From Candidatus Limnocylindrales bacterium (GTDB taxonomy: Bacteria; Patescibacteriota; Microgenomatia; Levybacterales; UBA12049), in contig DATLDE010000008.1 of NCBI GenBank assembly GCA_035526025.1, positions 1 to 54,551 of the forward strand: a stretch of 54,551 nt of DNA, written 5' to 3'. The notes under the pieces were generated by a model. It made no database searches and had not been told where the DNA came from. It saw only the letters and a program-made list of their open reading frames with translations. The number at the start of each line of letters is the position of its first letter. Position 1 is the first letter of the stretch. A program made the position numbers and the translations under genes. Positions 54,248 to 54,551 of the stretch are shown in pieces.

Positions 54248-54391
54248 ATGAGTTTAAGTTTAGGCAATCTTGATCCAATCATTTCTATACTTTTTGGAGT
54301 ACTAATTTTGGTATTTCCAAAATTTCTAAATTATTTAATAGCAGTTTATTTGATTATAATCGGTCTTTTGGGGCTTGGAATAATAAGATAA
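54248..54391 (+). CDS. 47-aa DUF3096-like membrane protein (not in ORF track)
   Basis: MSLSLGNLDPIISILFGVLILVFPKFLNYLIAVYLIIIGLLGLGIIR; SD AGGGGGTGA lies 6 nt upstream. Confidence 0.8.
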   Translation: MSLSLGNLDPIISILFGVLILVFPKFLNYLIAVYLIIIGLLGLGIIR

Positions 54392-54551
54392 ATTTTACAA
54401 TTTTATCTAAATCTGGTTCTGAGCCAGGACATGGTATCCACTCCAGGGGCCTAAGTCTACAGATATATTGTCAAGGAAAACTGGTGGTACTATCCTGATT
54501 CTATCATTAATCTCCGGCATCTGTGAAGATAGGTGCTGAAAGGGAGTTTGT

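Noticed and set aside
1-54551. Genetic code 25 (TGA = Gly) as in some CPR lineages
   Set aside because: TGA terminates intact genes such as recR and the SDR at expected lengths, and conserved genes are uninterrupted under code 11.
54405-54551. Open minus-strand frames at the window edges (also 1-152)
   Set aside because: Possible partial genes, but too short and motif-free to call.

Overview
54.5-kb AT-rich bacterial window read with genetic code 11 (TGA and TAG end intact genes). Gene content suggests a Patescibacteria/CPR genome of Microgenomates type: short EF-Ts, rpsB-tsf-[no pyrH]-frr, and many orphan ORFs inserted singly between core genes. That taxonomy is inference. Content in order: translation genes (rpsB, tsf, frr, rseP); oxidative pentose phosphate genes (pgl, zwf, gnd-like); a proline block (consensus promoter, T-box leader, proB-proA-proC, ProX/YbaK editing protein, proS); rpsU-ybeY-dnaX-ybaB-prs-prs-recR; cysS; a class A PBP; msrB; carbohydrate genes (debranching-type hydrolase, GT4, GH18, PfkB, class I aldolase, FAD oxidoreductase, split transketolase, MOFRL glycerate kinase, malQ); a small signalling cluster; and trhO, a GIY-YIG gene and an SDR. 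No rRNA, tRNA, CRISPR array or transposase was seen. Most notable: (1) a transcription-attenuating T-box whose Stem I appears ultrashort, with a CCC (Pro) specifier in a terminal loop, in front of a streamlined proBAC operon with a miniature ProB; (2) three kinds of palindromic repeat, namely heptamer-periodic intergenic palindromes, REP-like hairpins (one in frame inside dnaX) and a nested palindrome beside a GIY-YIG gene; (3) two apparent translation-initiation modes, leaderless (TGnTAnnnT + 6-7 nt + start) and an extended AGGGGGTGA SD at a fixed 6-nt spacing; (4) three small genes missed by the ORF track and two amber-interrupted reading frames. All structures and alignments were done by eye.
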